This document shows, in pieces, positions 50,631-64,000 of a stretch of DNA of 64,000 nt. The notes beneath the pieces are model-generated. The model saw nothing but the letters and a program-made list of their open reading frames with translations, was not told the origin of the DNA and did no database searches. This stretch comes from Lama glama (lineage: Eukaryota), in the NCBI GenBank assembly GCA_028534125.1, contig CM052816.1, positions 64,544,001-64,608,000 of the forward strand, written 5' to 3'. Position 1 is the first letter of the stretch, and each line of letters opens with the position of its first letter. Made by a program: the position numbers and the translations under genes.

Positions 50631-51501
50631 AGAAGTGATAAATTGTAATTACTCTAATTTTCTTTGTGGGTTAAGAAATTTAGTGGACTCAGAACCAACA
50701 CTGAAAAATAAATCCCTATGAATGAAAGGTAATATTTTGATCAATCATTTTTTCTCTCTTAAAGATTACCTAGCATGTATAATCTCCTTATAGATGAGGA
50801 AATGGAGGGTTTTAAAGAGAATGAGAATTACACATTCAAGGTAACAGAATCCCAAAATGACAGAATCAGGACAAGAAAACAAATCTTCAGACTCTTTTTG
50901 TGTGTATGGACACTTTATTTGGATAAAACTTACTCTGTGATAAACTAAAAAGATCTTCACAGTATTCTAGTAGTACCAATATGAAATATGCAACAGTGTC
51001 ATTAAACTCAAGAGATGAACAGCACAAAGTTGGCTAAAGTTCCTTCTACCTTTTTAAATTTTACTTGTTTCAAGTAGAGGTCATCAAGCATGCAAAAAGG
51101 CATTGAAAATTATGTCATACAGTGATTCCTAAGCCTTAGTGATGACTGGTACAACTAGGGGAGGTTTATAAAATGCAGGTGGTTAGGCCATCCATAAACC
51201 TATGGAATCAGAATCGCCAGGATACAACTCATGTTTTTGTTGTCATCATTTTTAAAGTTTCTGTTACTTTGCTCATTCACTTACGGAACTTCTAATACAG
51301 AAATTGTTGAGGATATTAAAATTTCAGAAAACTACAAGCTAGCTTTTTGTCATAAATGTATAAATACATCTTATGTTCTGAGTAGTAACTGATACTGGAT
51401 GAATAAAAATATATTTTATGCCATTTGTGCAGCTTAAATTTAAAGCATTTCTGTTAAATCCTAATTTATCAATTAAAAAATTAACAAACTTGAATTTAAA
51501 C

Positions 51502-52085
51502 CAGTGGTGTGCTGGCAAATACTTAACAACCAGCTCTCTGGGTATAATTCCATCAATGTTGATTGGATTATAGGGGTTTTTAAAAAATATATTGAAAGAA
51601 TATTTCCTCAATTTTTATGCAATTCACAATATAACAACTATAGGCACACTATGCATTTATTTACATTACTTCTCTTACTTTAAGTGGAGAAAACCAACAA
51701 AACAATTTATCAAGACCTGATTTGCAGCATGTGCCAATTTCTGTGGTATAAATACTCCACCATGGCCAAGTTCAAGCTATAACACGATGTCACTGAATAC
51801 AGAGTTTTAAGAGATGTACAGTAGCCCACCATTATATATTATTTTTACCATTAAGACACAATAGGCACAAATAACCTCAAGATCATAGATAATAGTAAAA
51901 AGTAGTCAATTAATTATAAAGCTGTTAATTTTAAGTATTTATTATCTTTGTTTTTAATATAACTTAATTATACACTTACATGATTCCATTTTTAATAATG
52001 TCTGTGTTGAATAACCAGCACACAAAATTCCTGAAAAGTTAACAGTCAGTTCTCTTAAGTGCAAACTGGCTCCAGTATACCTCAG
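51502..52085. mobile_element. hAT-Blackjack MER63-like transposon
   Basis: Left end CAGTGGTGTGCTGGCAAATACTTAACAACCAGCTCTC; degenerate right end CTGGCTCCAGTATACCTCAG. Confidence 0.75.
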
Positions 52086-55000
52086 AAACACCTGTGAATA
52101 CTATTCATGAAATTTCACATAAAATCACACATCTATTTTAGTCCAAAAAATCTGTAGTTATCTGATTTAGCAGAAGTCAACTTATAACAAATTATCAGTA
52201 TGCCCAAAGAAAACCCAAATCAATGATCTATTTGATTACATTTTAGTTCAAAACTTCTACAAAGATTTTTAATTTAAACTACTTTCATACAGAAAGGACT
52301 TCCATGCTTAACTCTCCAAGTATGAGGTTTTTATTTTGCTCTTATACACACTGTTAACATACCATTAATATGAATTTGTGCTATTTCAAAATAATTTCAT
52401 TAGGACATAGTCAATTCTTATGGAATCTACAATTTATTGTAGGCTGTCTCATGCTTAACTCATTAGAGAAGAAGTGAAAAAAGGAAAACTAAAAATAGAG
52501 GAAAGAAGGTATTTATGATCTGAGGCAAATGTTGAGCCCCTAAGCTACAAAAGAGGGATAAAGAGGAGAAAGTTGAATACTGTCAGCGATAGTGCTGACA
52601 GTTCTCAACAGTGGCTAGGTACTCAGGGGCTAGACATTCCAGATACATCAGAGGTGCAGTGAGAGGTACAGGATACCCAGGCATAGCAACCTACCAATCC
52701 CTTAAAAAACATACACTTAAGAGTCAATGTTATTCTTTACCTTTCCAACATAGCGCTGGCCCCTAAACTCAGACTACTTTATTATAATCTAGATTCACAA
52801 ATCAGGTTCCTATCTAAAACTATAAGCTTCAGTCACTTTAGGTGACATTTAGATGATTAAAAACCAAAGTAGCATTTTATCTGGAATCCTCCAGCTCTGG
52901 GAAGAGAACTGTCCCAGAGACTCCTACCATGACAGCAGGGGAAACCATGGTAACTGCTCAAGCATTTATCTCCACCTTAAGAAAATACACCACTTCAAGA
53001 TAGAATATATTACTGCGGTAGAATGCAAAATGAGTCAAAAAAGAACAAAGCTTCAAATTCCCTCCTGACAGTTAATCCATAGTTTTCCCACTTCATAGGT
53101 ATTTGCTACAAGCTTTTAAGCTACTTGGTTGCCACCTACCAGAAATGTCATTATTATAATTTCAATACACATGCAACCACAGCAATCAGCCAACAGGATT
53201 TCACTGAAATTAGTCCTATTTCCCCCAATATAAAGTTATGTAATTTCAGCCTTTTGCATCTCCAACTTAGATAGCATCTGACTCCCTACCTCTGCTGCCT
53301 TTTATCTTTTTCTAAAAAGTGAATTATTTTTACTCCTGTATGAATCATTAAAAAATCCTATTAGAGATCCATTTAATTATTAAAATATAATTCATAATTG
53401 TTGTTGTTATTTAACATCTTCCCTTCAGATTTTAAATCATCCTTTAAACAGAAGCTTGGAAATTTACAGCATGACTGCTATTCTGAAGTAGAATTTTCTG
53501 TGCAGTAATGTGGAAAGATTTTTGAATACTGGAGAAGGCCAAGAAATATTTAAACAATTTATTTGTTTCCATGACTCTCCTATATTTACAAGATATTGGG
53601 TATTATATTTAGTAATATTTCAAACATAATTAAAAATAGTATATCAGGTAAATATATACTGGTTCAGCTACTCAATTAAAAAAAAATTCTACCATTAGTA
53701 GTACACACTTTCAGAATTAATAGGAGCTCATACCTAAGCATGTCTCTTTCCGAACAAAGTCAGAAAATGTCCTAAAAGTTAACCTTGCTTATGACAGCTG
53801 TTTTTTACTTCAGTGTGATCTCAATAGGTAATGAACAGGAAACTTAAAAAGAAACGAAGAATCCACACTCTTATTTAATGTCTGTATCATGGGTGTTCAA
53901 TAAATATTAAACATATGCAAAAGAAATTTTCGTCTCCCTGTAGGCGGTAAGAGTTTAACATTATCCTAAACTTGTAAAACCCATGATCTGCTATATGGGT
54001 AAATAACAATAATAGGAAGTTAATCACCTTTGGTATTTCTAAAATAGCCTCAAACAAGAATACAATTATGCCAAAATAAAATTTAAAAAATGGCTTTCAA
54101 TCAAACTAAACAATCTGCAATAGGAACTATTCCAGTATCAGTTGTATAAAACAGTTAGAATACCTATAAAGATGCTTTGTACACGACATATACATGAATT
54201 ATATAACCCTCACCAAAACTTTTCGGTACATTTTCAAATTTCTATCTTTGTTTTTCTATTTCTCCTTTGAATGCTGATTTTACTCTCATGAATTCCTAAC
54301 TCTACAAAAGGAAGAGATAAACTTGGGAACAATCAGAATCAAAAGATATCCTGGCTAGGCTCCAGTGATGCATAGCAACAGTCCATAGAACACAAGACTG
54401 TACAAGTATATTCAATGTCATATGATTCACAGCAATTAACTTAAAAACTGGCTTTATTCAGAATCTTCAAACATTCAAGTAAATGTCTAATAGAAAAGAA
54501 TAACAGAAATAAATCCATTAGTTTTAATATATTCCAAGTATACAACACATAAAGCATTTTATCATGTATCAACAAAGGGAACTCAAAATATTTTAAGGAA
54601 GTTGAAAGAAATTATTATAAAGGGAAAAATTTCTTTTTATGGACTTTAGAACAAAAGACATCAAACAAAATTAAAATCCAAAAGAAACTACTGTTCTTCC
54701 ATAAATTAAATGTTTGAAAAAAATCTAATTAAACTTAAGGGTTTCAAATTAACAAAATTGCGCTAACATATTTTTTGCATCAACTGTTTTCTGGGGGTGA
54801 TTAAATATAAAAACCTACTCTGCAAATTTCAATAATTTTCTCAACTTCTCTGTTTGAATGTTTGCAACATTAACAGTCAATTTTATTTGCTTATGTGGCA
54901 TATAATTCCCCAGTATGAAGATGTTTTTCTTACAAGGTAACCAAACTGAAGAGGTTTCCAACTCAAATTGCTGTGTGATGCTATTTACATGATTGCTACT

Positions 55001-55599
55001 TAAGAGAGTTCAGGCAAGACATAAATTTGGTTAAAGCAAATTATTATTATAATTTTCAAAACACTTAATTGAAAATGTCAAAGTGAATAAGTGAGATTAT
55101 AGGTGAAATTTTTATATAAGAAATAAATGTGACTTAGTTTGACTATTTTTTCAATTACTATGTTCCATTTTTTCCCTACGTTTTATATCATGTTTTTCTG
55201 CAAGCTAAGACATTCATTCTACTTCGAAAAGATTAAAAATTCTATTATATAAAAATGGCAAATTAAAATTGTTTAAAATGTAACTGAAATGATTCCTCAA
55301 AGCAGAGAAATACAGATGCAAATGTATTCTACAGTTTAGGCCTATTCAACATGCAATACTAATGTATATTATTACTTGTGTCTGCATTCAGTAGTAAAGT
55401 CCTGATACTAAACAGAATTTTGGAAATTATAGTCTTAATTGTACATTTACAGAAAAACAAAGTACTAGACTAAAGAAAGAAAAATATCTGAGAATAAATC
55501 TTAACTGTGAATTTACACACGCATATTAACTTAATTTCAGTTAATCTGTTGAGAATTATATTAAGCAAATGATTTTAATAGCCATATCTATATTATCTG

Positions 55600-58035
55600 T
55601 CCGTTGTGGAAAGACAATAAAATTTGTTTAATTTTAGACATGTAGGCTATACACTGAGTTTGAGAGGTCTGTAGGCTATCCAGATGGAGATACTGAGTAG
55701 GCAGCTGGATACAGTGTTTGAAGATCAAAAGAGAGGTCTGTGTAGAAGGTAACTTTTGAAAGTCATCATCACGAATGGTAACTGATGGCACAGGAACAGG
55801 AGAGCTACTGGGGGGAAGAATTCCGGGGGAACACTAAAATATAACAGCAGGCAGAGAGTGAGGAATAGCTTCAGCAACCTGAAAGAAAATAGTCATAACG
55901 GTAAAATTTGGACCAGAAAGGAATAGTGTGATCAAAGCATTAAAGAAGTTGATCAAGTTAGAGTGAAAAGTATACACTGGATTTGGAAAGCAGAGTATCA
56001 GTAGTGAACTTACTGAGAGCAGCTTCAGTAGATTAATGGAGCTAAAGTGAAATTACTGGGGTAGGTAATAGAGTTGAGATCAGAGGCATGGATTCCTCAT
56101 TTACTAAAAAAAAAAAAATACTGAGCACCTATTCAATGTGTAAGGCACTAAGCTAGGATACATTGAGATGCTAGGCACTGTGGGGATACACTGATGAGAA
56201 GACAATCCTTTTAGCATTTATAATCTGCTAGGGAAGACCAGTGTTGACTATATCAGCAAAGGATTTTAACTCCATGCAATAGGAACCTTAGCTTAGTCTC
56301 AATCAAAAAGAAAATGTTAAATAGTTCACAGAATTGTTGGCATGCTAAAGAAACAGGCTCAGAAACTATGTAATGAAGGAGGGAAGCATGGAAAATGATG
56401 CCACAGAACTAGCCCAGTGAAGACCTTACTGCTGCCATCACCAAGCATCAGCTGCTACAGATGGCATCTCACTGGCCCTAAACCACGGACAGCACCTCCA
56501 ACCTGAATGTTCTATTGCTGCCCACCCCCAGAAGTCATACTGCCAGGAAGAATTTGACACTGCCTCTATTTATTTGTATCACTAATTTGTGAATTCAAAA
56601 GTAACACAGACACTTCACATTGGTTAAGTCTAGTGAAACATCATATCCCAGCTACAATGGAAGCTGGGAGAGTAATTATCCAGCTCTTCAATTATGGGAG
56701 GAGGGCTCTACCTCCTAGTAAGGCTCACAGAATTACCCAAACACAAGAAGAAGCTCATACAAAGAGAGGTTACATCAGATTAAAAATACACACTGAAGTA
56801 AGTAAATAACACTAGCTTAAAACAAGATGGAAGCTTATTTTTCTCTCACATTAAGGAAACATGGAAAGCCAGGAGTCCCGGCTGACGTGGCAGCAATCTA
56901 CCGACATAAGGAATCTAGGCCGCTTCTACCTGGCTGCTCTGTTGCCACTTCATGGCCCAGTAGGGATACTCAAGAGCCAGTTAGCAGAAGGAGGAAAGGT
57001 AAGGGGAAAAGAAGAGCATGTGTCCCCTTTAATGATACTTTCAGGAAGTCACACTAAACTTATCTCATTAATCATAAGGCAAATGCAACTGTAAAGGAAA
57101 AGAGAGAATGCAGTCATCGCTATGCAGCAATGTACCCAACTAAAATATTAAGGAAGAAGGAATAAATGTCTAATGGGAGGTTAAAAGCAGCACCAGACAC
57201 AGGAGACCCACAGTGACAAGCAACCACTACAATAAGATATAATAACAATGATGAACAAAGGATTTTAACCTGGTCCAGAAAGTAAGGAAGATCTCTTTGG
57301 GGAAGATATATTTAAATGAAAAGTAAAGGATGAGTCATTACCTGATGGAAAGGTTAGAGTCAGAAAGGAGAGGGGGGAAGGTAATTAGAGGTGAGGGAAA
57401 TGTGTATAAAGCCCTGGCATGATACACAGAGAAGGAGCTGAAAAACCTCTAGTTGGCTGAGGGCTACGGTAGAGAGCAAGGGAGGAGTGCAGAGAGACAC
57501 TGCTTGTCAGAGAGGCAGGCCTGCCCCTGTGAAATGCTTCCTAAGTTCAGCAGCTTGGACTAAATCCTAGGGTGGTATGAAGTCACTGATTACAGTAACA
57601 CAGTGATTGAATCAGATCTGAAATGGAGAAATGTCAGTAAGATTATAGTGTAAAGCCTGAATTAGAGGAGAACAAGGTTGGAGGCAGAAAATCAAGAGGC
57701 AGTTGTAGTTGAGGAGAGAAGCAGCCTAGCGGAGGGTGGAGGTACGAACGGCAGAGAGCAGGGGAAGGCCTTCCCCTTCAAGAGCTATTTAGAAAGTAAA
57801 ATTGGCAGGCCTGGTAACTGAAGGGATGCCGGGAGTAAGGGCATCCTTACTAAAACTAAAACTAGAACTGACTCTCAGGTTTCTGACTAGGATATCTAGA
57901 TACAGGATAGGCATCATTTGCTAAGACAGATCATACTAAAAGAGAAGCAATTTGTTACTGTTGTTTTGTTTTTCTTCCTTGAGGAAGTGAATAGTCTCAG
58001 TTTTAAATGCTGAGTCTGAGGTCCCATGAAATATC
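55600..58035 (-). mobile_element. L2 remnants interrupted by MLT1-type LTR(s) (~56250-57200)
   Basis: TTTGAGAGGTCTGTAGGCTATCCAGATGGAGATACTGAGTAGGCAGCTGGATA (L2); AACACTAGCTTAAAACAAGATGGAAGCTTATTTTTCTCTCACAT (MLT1). Confidence 0.65.
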
Positions 58036-58689
58036 TTATAAGAATTGTTCATGTTTCTGTTACAATATGAACTAACTAGATGGTAATATGCATGCTCCAA
58101 TATACTCTCTAGACACAACCACAGGAATGAACAATCATGTGAAATATAAAGTTTTCTAACTAAAAGAATAAATGTAGAAGTCCTATTGAAGCAAAGGACA
58201 TTTTATAGCCATATAGGATTACCATTTCAGTGTCTGGAATGAGGGTGGCCTAGGGACTTGACTGGACTATTTGGGGTTCAGTACTATGGGTAACCCACCT
58301 TACCTCAGAAAAGCTTTAACTTTTAACGTATTTGTCTTTGATCTGAAACAGTTCTTTGAATGTCTCTCTCTGTGGTTGGTGGTACTTGATCACTCAGACC
58401 CTATGTGTTTTTCCACAGGCATGTTGTGATTTTGCCTGTAAAAGTGCCAGTTACCATGATAAAGGGCTGGGGACAAAAAATCAATAAGATGTAACATCTA
58501 TCTTTGAGGAACACTCAGTCTAATAGGGAAGAAAGACACTCTTATCATTGAGATTACCAGCCAATACCATTTTTATTTTGTATTCTTAGCTTTCTAGATT
58601 AACCAGCAAAGTCATATGGTATAACTCATTCTCTACTTCCATTTTGGACGTCAAATTTTATAAAACAAAACAAAAAGGCTTTTAAAAAA

Positions 58690-60045
58690 TTAAAAGGCTA
58701 AAAGGCAAATCACATTATACCATTATATTTTAAGCAGGGAAACTTGCTTAAAATCTTTCAATAGCTTCCAAATATAACTCAAACAAAACCCAAACTCATT
58801 ACTATAGTGAATCTGTCCCATTTGATCTTGCTTCAGACTATGTCTGATCTTATTTCACATTACTCTCCCCTTTGCTCACTAGAGTCCAACCATAAGCATT
58901 CTTTCTGTTTCAGGTACAGAAAAACCACTCCTACTTTCCTGGTCATTCAATCGAAAGCAAAATCCACATGTTCCTGCCCCTATCTTGTTTATCACATATC
59001 CCAGTTCATTTCTTCATAGCATTTCTCATTACCTGATAGAATATTATTTATCAATTCATTTATTTTCTGTCCCCCTCTTCTAAAATTAAAATGCCATGAC
59101 ATCTCACACCAGTTATTGTCAAAAAGGATGTTGGCAAGTATGTGGAGAAAAGGGAACCATTGTGCACTGTTGGTGGGAATGTAAATTGGTGTAGCCCCAA
59201 CAGAAAACAGTATGGAGGTTCCTCAAAAAATTAAAAATAGAATTGCTATATAATCCAGCAATTCTACTTCTGTATATATATATCCAAAGGAAATGAAGTC
59301 AGTATCTCAAAGACCTTTCTATACACCCATGTTCACTGCAGCATTAACCAATATATGGAAACAATTTTAAGTGCATCAACAGATGAATGAAGAAAGGAGA
59401 TGTGGTATATACATTCAATGGAATATTATTCAGCCACAAGAAGGAGGAAATCCTGCTATTTGCAACATCGATGGTCCTTGAGGGCATTATGCTAAGTGAA
59501 GTAAGTCAGGCAGGGAAAGACAAATACTGCATGACCTCACTTACATGTGGAATCTAAAAAAGCCAGACTCATAGAAACAGTAGAATGGTGATTCCCAGGG
59601 AGAAGGGGATGGGGAAATGGGAAGATGCTGGTTAAAATACAAATCTCCAGTTGTAAGATGAATATGTGGTGGGAACCTACTGTACTGCATGGTGACTGTA
59701 GTTAGTAATACTGTATTATATACTTGACAATTGGTAAGGGAGTAGGTCTTAAATGTTCTCACCATGAAGAAAATAATAATAAAAAGGTAATTAGATGAGG
59801 TGATGAAGATGTTAACTAATCCTACTTTGGTAATCATTTTCCAATACATACATATCTCAAATCATCATGCTGTACACATTGGACTCACACAGTGCTGTAT
59901 GTCAATTATATCTCAATAAAGGTGCAGAAAATATTAGAATGCCATGAGAGAGCATGTATCTTTTATATCTTGCTTACCACAGTATTCCAGCACTTAGAAT
60001 AATACCTGGCACATAGTAGGTGCTCAATAAATATTTGTGAGTGAA
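58690..60045 (+). mobile_element. L2 3' region split by an L1 insertion
   Basis: Terminal CCAGCACTTAGAATAATACCTGGCACATAGTAGGTGCTCAATAAATATTTGTGAGTGAAT. Confidence 0.8.
59100..59932 (+). mobile_element. L1MA-type 3' end inserted in L2
   Basis: ORF2 end and 3' UTR ending GTCAATTATATCTCAATAAAG; TSD ATTAAAATGCCATGA (59085-59099) / ATTAGAATGCCATGA (59933-59947). Confidence 0.92.
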
Positions 60046-60544
60046 TAACACAATTACTGAGTGATTGAGCTAGGATTCAAACCCAGGTCTGATTGGGTAC
60101 CCATCCTTAGAGTTTGTCAACTATGTCAGACAGCTTGTGAGGACAAGATTGGATGTGACTTATTCTCAAGTCTTCCATATCCCCTAGTACACTGGTATGT
60201 GTAAAACATGCTATCAATGTATATTTACTGAATAAAACAACATTTAGATTTCATACTGTAAGTTCTTAGGTACTAGAATAACAAACAAAAACAGTATGTA
60301 TCTGTAGGTACAGAACCAATTCACACCATTCCTTCTTTCTAGAATAGGTCCCCAACTCCACTCCTTTTTTCCATAAAAAAAATTTCTTTCTTTGGTTTCA
60401 AGAATCACAGCTTGTTTTTGTTTTTCAGTTTTCTCCAGTATTGAAAGAAACAGTTTGACATACAATTTCTGGACTCTCATAGCAGTTTTTTCTTACTTTT
60501 ATTTTTCCCACAAGACTGTGAGCTAAGGCAAGGACCTGACTCCA

Positions 60545-60713
60545 ACTCTTCATTTCTCCTTCATTTCTACATTCCTTCCTTCCCTCTTTCCGTTTCCTTT
60601 CCTTCTTTTCTCTCTCTCCTTTTTTCTTTCTCTCTCTCTCTCCCTGCCCCCCTCCCTGCTTCCATCCCTCCCTTCCTCTCCACTTCTTCTCTCTCTTCTT
60701 TTCTTTTACTTCT
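60545..60713. repeat. CT-rich low-complexity polypyrimidine tract
   Basis: About 170 nt almost entirely C/T on +. Confidence 0.9.
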
Positions 60714-63700
60714 AGGTGATTAAGGAGAAAGGTTTAAAATGCTTCGAAAATATAAACATCTATAGTCCTGAGATTACAAGAAATTATAATCCTTTAAATG
60801 ATGTGACTATGTCTTAAATGCTACCTAGTTACATTTCTCTAAGAAAACTGCCCATAAAGGTGGACTCTGACAAATTCAAGCATTCCCAGGGAAGCTGAGA
60901 CGCCCATAACAGTTTAACAGGAGAATTTCTAGGATCACAAGATCCCAAGAACCTCAAATACTAGATTTAAATTTACTCAGCCCCCATAAAGTATACAAAA
61001 GCATATAATTTCATATTATTACAGCTAAGAAACATCTAAGACCTGAAATTATTTAGTTCTGATGTTTAATACTCTCAAGACTGCTGTTTTACTCCCTTAT
61101 ATGATATTCCAATAGCTTTCACAATCACAGCTTTTAAAATACTCCATACATTGAGTAGTCTACAGTTGATTATCCATTTTATCAAAGACTTTGTAACATA
61201 AGAAAACACTGATTTCAATTTTAAAGTGTTATTCTTTACAGTGGGTAGCATAATATCTCATTGGTCATTGATTTGATCCATAGGAAATCAAGTTTGCTAC
61301 AGGAAGGTACATGAGACATAGGAAGGTAAAAGGGGTATCTGTAAGCCAACAGCATGGAAAAAGAAAAAAAATTAAAAAAAAAAACAATAAGGACAGAAAA
61401 ACTTAGTGAACACAGCCTTGTGGGATAAATAACATAGATGGAAACAGCCCAATACACTTCAAAAGGGATATGAAGGCATAAATACTTTACAAGATAGAAA
61501 AGTAAGTGGTGGTCATTATTATAATGTAAACCATCATAAAATATCTTCAAGAAAGGGTACAGGGCATCAAGGATGTTTATTAACAGTGTAGACATTAAAA
61601 AGAACCCCAGTTTTCTAGAATGTTTTTTCTGGGGCTCAGCATGGCTGAAGTTTTAGTGTATTGCTATGTCTATTGTACATTGTCAAAAAAACTAGTTATT
61701 TTAACCTGATCATGATGCTCCAAGGATACAATCCTTCATTTGAGAGGCAGGCCCTATTTAATTGCTGCACAGCACCTAACAATTTTACCTGATCCATAAA
61801 CAGAAAGGCTTTATTTGTGGGACTAGTTTAAATTGAAATATTGATAACTGGAAGAAATCTTACTGCCATTTCAGCAACAAAATTTATTTGCGGCAATATT
61901 CTTAGTTCTTTAAGTAAAGAGTTAAAAACTTTAGAGACAGTGTATTCCAAAGGCCTCCTTAGCCAATTTTCTAAAGTACAGAATGATCAATAAAAAATCA
62001 GCCTGTAACGGTATCTTCCAACGTCAATCGGAAAGAGTCTGTGTTCAATGGAATGCCAAACAGTACTGCCAGACATTTACTTTTATAAAAAGAGATTGCT
62101 ATGTTTGCATTGTTCTGTTAATAGCATGCTAACAAGTATGTTTCCTGTAGGGTCACTAATGGACAGAAAAAATTCATAATAAAGCAGTGAATAGTGGACA
62201 GCCATTCATGCTCTACTGGTCTACAGTTACTAGAGAGAAGAACAAGTAAGTTCTATAATCTTAGGCAGCTATAAAAAAAGAATACTCTCTTGTTAAAGCT
62301 CAAGAGAATCTGAAGAGGGAATAAAAGAGGAAAAAGTCAGACAGATTATGCTGTCAATTTTAGTTGTCATAATGTGCTTCAGAGATAAAACATTCCTCTG
62401 AATGGCAATTGAACAGATGGAAATTTTCATTTTTGGTTAACTGGATGGAAGAATTGGACCAGTACCTAAAATGACATTGAAATGAAGCTCAAACCCCCTC
62501 CCACAAGAAGGAAACAGATGCATCACTCCAGATACAAAATAAATTATTGAACAGTGCATATATTATATTGGCATCATTGTATCCAACTGTACATCTGCAC
62601 AATGTTTTAGTCTCCTGGTGAGAGAACAGACATTTCTGAAAGGGAAAATAGGCAACTATTGAAGTGAATCTGATAAGTATACCATTTGGGTAAGAAAAGC
62701 CAAACAACACTTCACTGAATTTGAAGTTATTCATGCTGAGATGAAAAAAGAACCATAAATTATACTGATTTCAATGCCCTTCAACTTATACACTGATTTA
62801 AATATAGTAGACTTAGAAATATAAAACCACATTTTGAAGATTTTTATAATCTTAAATCAGAATGAATTTAAAAAAATGTATTACTAAAGACTCTAAAAAT
62901 GTTAGGGTTGAATACCCTCCTTGCTCGAGTTGACAGAGAAGGGAGTGACATTAAACTAAAACTACATTCCTTATCTTAAACTATGACTAGAGAGAATTCA
63001 CAGAATAGTTAACTAAAATGAGACCTATCTGATGATCTAAAGTTAATAACTGATCCTATGAATTGTGAGCTAAGGAAATGAACTCCTTTTTTACTCTTTT
63101 GTAAGTTCCAATTCCACTATCTGACAATACTGTCCTGGTTGGTACATTCCCACTGCTTTCCTAGCCAGCTGTTGCTCGTTGCTAGAGCTGATCCACGCAA
63201 GCTGCTTACACCATCCTACACTTGCACCTCAGTCTTCCTATCCATCCTTTCTACTCTTCCCCAACTCATTAAATCCTCAGTCCAGCTGCAGAGAAAACAT
63301 GAGGTACCAGTTTTAGAAGGTAGGTAAACAACCAGGTTTGGTTTCCATTTTGTTTTAAGATATAATCTGGGTTGGGACTGGACCAGCAACACTCCTGCAT
63401 TATAAGGTGACTGTATATAAGAAGGTCTGATCAGGGGATGTAGATGATGCCTGAGGATGCCAGCAGAATAAATTCTGAGGTTAGAACCTAAAAGAGAAAG
63501 AGGCAAAAGGAAAAAATATTTCTATTATAAAAAGATTTTATGGTTAAATAATAGAAATTTTGACTTTATTTATTGAGTCATTCATCACAATGTAATGAGA
63601 TTTCACTAAATATGTAAAGTGATAGAATATTTTATCAGATATGACTTCCGATCAAACTATATTTAATAAGGATTCACCATCTTGAAGAATAACTGCATAG

Positions 63701-64000
63701 TCTATAGTCTTACAAGACTATTAGAATAGCACAGGTGAGAAAAAAAGCTCAGTGCAATCCCACAAAATATTAATGGAGAGCAGATATCATGGGCACAATG
63801 AATTATGATCTGTACTAGTGTACAGTATTCAGTGGTATTCCCTCTAGAAATAAAGTTGCACAGGGAAGTCATTCTTTGCATTCTCCCAATCATTTTTAAA
63901 CACAGGCAAATGTGAAACAGAGCTCATTAAAGATATAGAAAGACAAATATAACCTGAAAGTAAAAGTATAAGGAGGTTGGGCCCATCTGGACTTATTAGA

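Noticed and set aside
61236..61595. 119-aa hydrophobic minus-strand ORF
   Set aside because: F/L richness derives from A-runs on +; no recognisable homology.

Overview
AT-rich mammalian genomic DNA with no recognisable protein-coding gene, RNA gene or CRISPR array. The ORF-track entries with recognisable content are decayed LINE-1 ORF2 pieces or other repeats, and the rest look like chance ORFs. Much of the window is interspersed repeats: young and old L1s, L2, MIR, CR1/L3, MaLR/ERVL solo LTRs, and hAT and Tigger DNA transposons. There are two 100-N gaps. I recognised no Alu, BovB/Bov-A, PRE1 or SINEC, and the young L1 3' ends resemble cetartiodactyl L1s, possibly camelid (inference from memory). 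Most L1s lie on +, which would fit a large intron of a minus-strand gene, but no host exon was identified. The best-supported oddities concern retrotransposition. One is a ~0.9 kb TSD-flanked L1 with its 5' UTR fused directly to its 3' end. Another is two L1s inserted at the same target site inside a three-level nest. A third is a twin-primed, 5'-inverted L1. Weaker leads are a pre-miRNA-like hairpin, a duplicated 31-bp GATA module and several splice-site-flanked candidate exons. I do not find good evidence for a new multi-component biological system. Repeat family names are from recall of consensus sequences, not from a search, and boundaries of old repeats are approximate.
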